A stretch of 64,000 nucleotides of DNA, taken from positions 99,696,001-99,760,000 of the forward strand of contig NC_067401.1 in NCBI RefSeq assembly GCF_016432865.1, written 5' to 3'. The DNA comes from Antechinus flavipes (lineage: Eukaryota). This document shows, one piece after another, positions 62,275 to 64,000 of the stretch. A program made the translations under genes and the position numbers. The number at the start of each line of letters is the position of its first letter. Position 1 is the first letter of the stretch. The notes beneath the pieces were generated by a model. It made no database searches. It saw nothing but the letters and a program-made list of their open reading frames with translations, and was not told the origin of the DNA.

Positions 62275-62520
62275 CTAGTCAGGCAGTCGATGAGCATTTA
62301 TTAAGTGCCTCCTATTTGCTGGGCTCTCTGCTAAAAGTGAGAGGCCACAAAACACAACCTCCCCTCGCAAGGAGCTCCCAGTCCCACGGGAGGAGGTAAC
62401 TTTCGGTGAACTCCACGGCAGGAGCAGACTAGAGGACAATAACGTGACCTCTAAGTAGTGCATGGACTGTTGTGGAGAGAGACTTGAGGCAAGGATTCCG
62501 GCCAGTAGGCTGCAGGTATG
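62275..62520 (-). mobile_element. L2 3' end, GC-shifted
   Basis: gagcatttattaagtgcc...ctcgcaaggagctcccagtcccacgggagg...gagagagacttgaggcaagg. Confidence 0.75.
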
Positions 62521-62697
62521 GAGGAAGGAGTAATATGGTCAGAATGACAAAGGTCTGAGTTCAGATCCTGGCTCAGACATTTTCTTGTTGTCTTGAGCAT
62601 GGCAAAGTTATTGCAAGCCTTCTATTTCTCATCCTCATTTCCCCGAGTAGAGTCTACCTCAGAGGCTTCTTCTAAGTTCCTTCCCAATCTTAAACTC

Positions 62698-62714
62698 TGT
62701 GTGCGTACGTGTGC

Positions 62715-62756
<42 letters not shown>
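62698..62756. repeat. 59-bp perfectly alternating purine/pyrimidine tract (GT with GC/AC interruptions)
   Basis: Direct reading. Confidence 0.95.
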
Positions 62757-62757
<1 letters not shown>

Positions 62758-63784
62758 GGTTAAAATCATTATCCAAATGTTTTTGCATCTCTCCTCTCAT
62801 GCTGCCTTATTGTTTTCAAACCAGAGGTAGTTTTTCACTAAAATACTACTGTCCCGTAGTACCCATTTTATTACTTTTTCTTAACAAACAACAAAAAAAA
62901 CAAAGAATTGACCAACATTTGCTGAACTCCACCTTTCTCCCTGTCATTGGTGGGCATCCTCCTGCGGCAGAATTAGTCAGCCTCATCCCTCCAAAAAATT
63001 GGTGATCTGAGTGCCAAAATGCCTCCAGGAAAAAAAAAAAAAAGGAGATGTTTTAAGAGAGATGGCAATTTCCACGCCCCCAGCCCCTGCGTGTTCCTAA
63101 CTTGTCTTGCTGAAGACTTACAGCTTTGTCTCACACCCGTGGCGGTCTCCCTGGTTCTGAGAGTCTGTCTCTCCCCACTGGGGCGTGTTTCATGGCCCTG
63201 GGCCTGCCTCGGTTACGGGTCGCGGAGAGTCCGACTCTGGGAACAAGGATGCAGTCTGCAAGGAAGCCTTCCCAGCAGGGGCTGCCAGGGTGCCCGCGTT
63301 CCAGAGCTAGGTAACACTCCCCCAGAGGGCTCTAGCTCCCTGGAGCCTGCGGAGGTGTGGGTTCCGTCAGCCTTCCTGGCACCGACTGGGGAACTCCAAT
63401 CTCCCGCATCCTAGAGACGGTGCTTGCAAGGAAGAGTAGGCCAGGGAAAGATCTGCAGCAGAGCCAGCGGGCGCTGATTCAGTCCCTGCACGTGCCGGGG
63501 CCGTGCTAAGGGTGAGGATGCAGACAAGTCCGAGCATTCTGCCCTCCCGGAGCTCCGAGGCCACTCAGGGCGACCACGTGCATGGAGGAAATCCTGCGGC
63601 AGAAACCCAGCTGCTTTGCCATCACTCTCCACGTGACCTAGCACAGGTCCTGTCCATAAGGTGGAAGGACTGGGTGAGGGGATCAGTGGAGTCTTTTCCA
63701 GCTTTCAGTCTCTGATCCTGCATGAATATTAAGGTGCGACCCCAGCAATCACTTACCTTCACAATATAAGGGGAATGGCTTACG

Positions 63785-63987
63785 CAGTGGTTCTCAAACC
63801 TTTGTTCTCAGTATCTTCATGTTGTTAAAAAACTATCGAGGATCTGTTCAAAGAGTTTTTGTTCACATGGGTTCTATTTGTAGCTATTTACTATATTAGA
63901 AATGAAAAATAATTTTGAATTTGTAGACCCTCTGAAAGGCTTTCAGAGACCCCAACAATTCTTTGGGCTACACTTTGAGGACCACTG
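63785..63987. mobile_element. hAT-Charlie-type MITE (203 bp)
   Basis: TIRs CAGTGGTTCTCAAA (63785-63798) and TTTGAGGACCACTG (63974-63987) match at 13/14. The right flank ccttacag has the central TA of an 8-bp hAT TSD; the left flank gcttacg matches it with one mismatch and a one-base gap. Confidence 0.85.
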
Positions 63988-64000
63988 CCTTACAGTAAAG

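Noticed and set aside
62709-63715. Several 60-130 aa ORFs in the terminal GC patch as a missing SIPA1L2 exon or new gene
   Set aside because: No match to the expected next peptide (EFWFSDGSLSDK) in the frames I read, and no domain-like sequence.

Overview
AT-rich marsupial genomic DNA; the repeat spectrum (Mar1-type CORE-SINEs with RTE tail, RTE, L2, CR1, marsupial-type L1) suggests a dasyurid, but the species is an inference. The window holds the middle of SIPA1L2 (SPAR2, a Rap GTPase-activating protein) on the + strand. I traced 11 coding exons from 12998 to 59939 (2545 nt, 848 codons + 1 nt), all GT-AG and phase-compatible, covering the C-terminal RapGAP domain with its catalytic HIGND motif, the PDZ domain, the DSGIDT degron region and the start of the SPAR C-terminal region. 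The 5' and 3' exons lie outside the window. Positions 1-3943 are the 3' part of a young, sense-oriented L1 whose ORF2 is open except for one late nonsense codon and which ends in a pure A42 tail. The introns are dense in old SINEs/LINEs, a few solo LTRs, one hAT MITE and microsatellites. I found no CRISPR array, RNA gene or unexplained protein-coding system. The most interesting signals are: (1) sharp GC/CpG spikes where even ancient repeats are A/T-to-G/C shifted relative to sister copies, consistent with GC-biased gene conversion; (2) a sense solo LTR followed by a consensus splice donor and a strong acceptor; (3) two atypical L1 insertions with visible target-site duplications (possible 3' transduction, possible internal priming); (4) a perfect 23-bp inverted duplication; (5) a triple E-box cluster; (6) candidate alternative splicing. 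Repeat family names and boundaries come from recalled consensus motifs and are approximate unless TSDs or TIRs are given.
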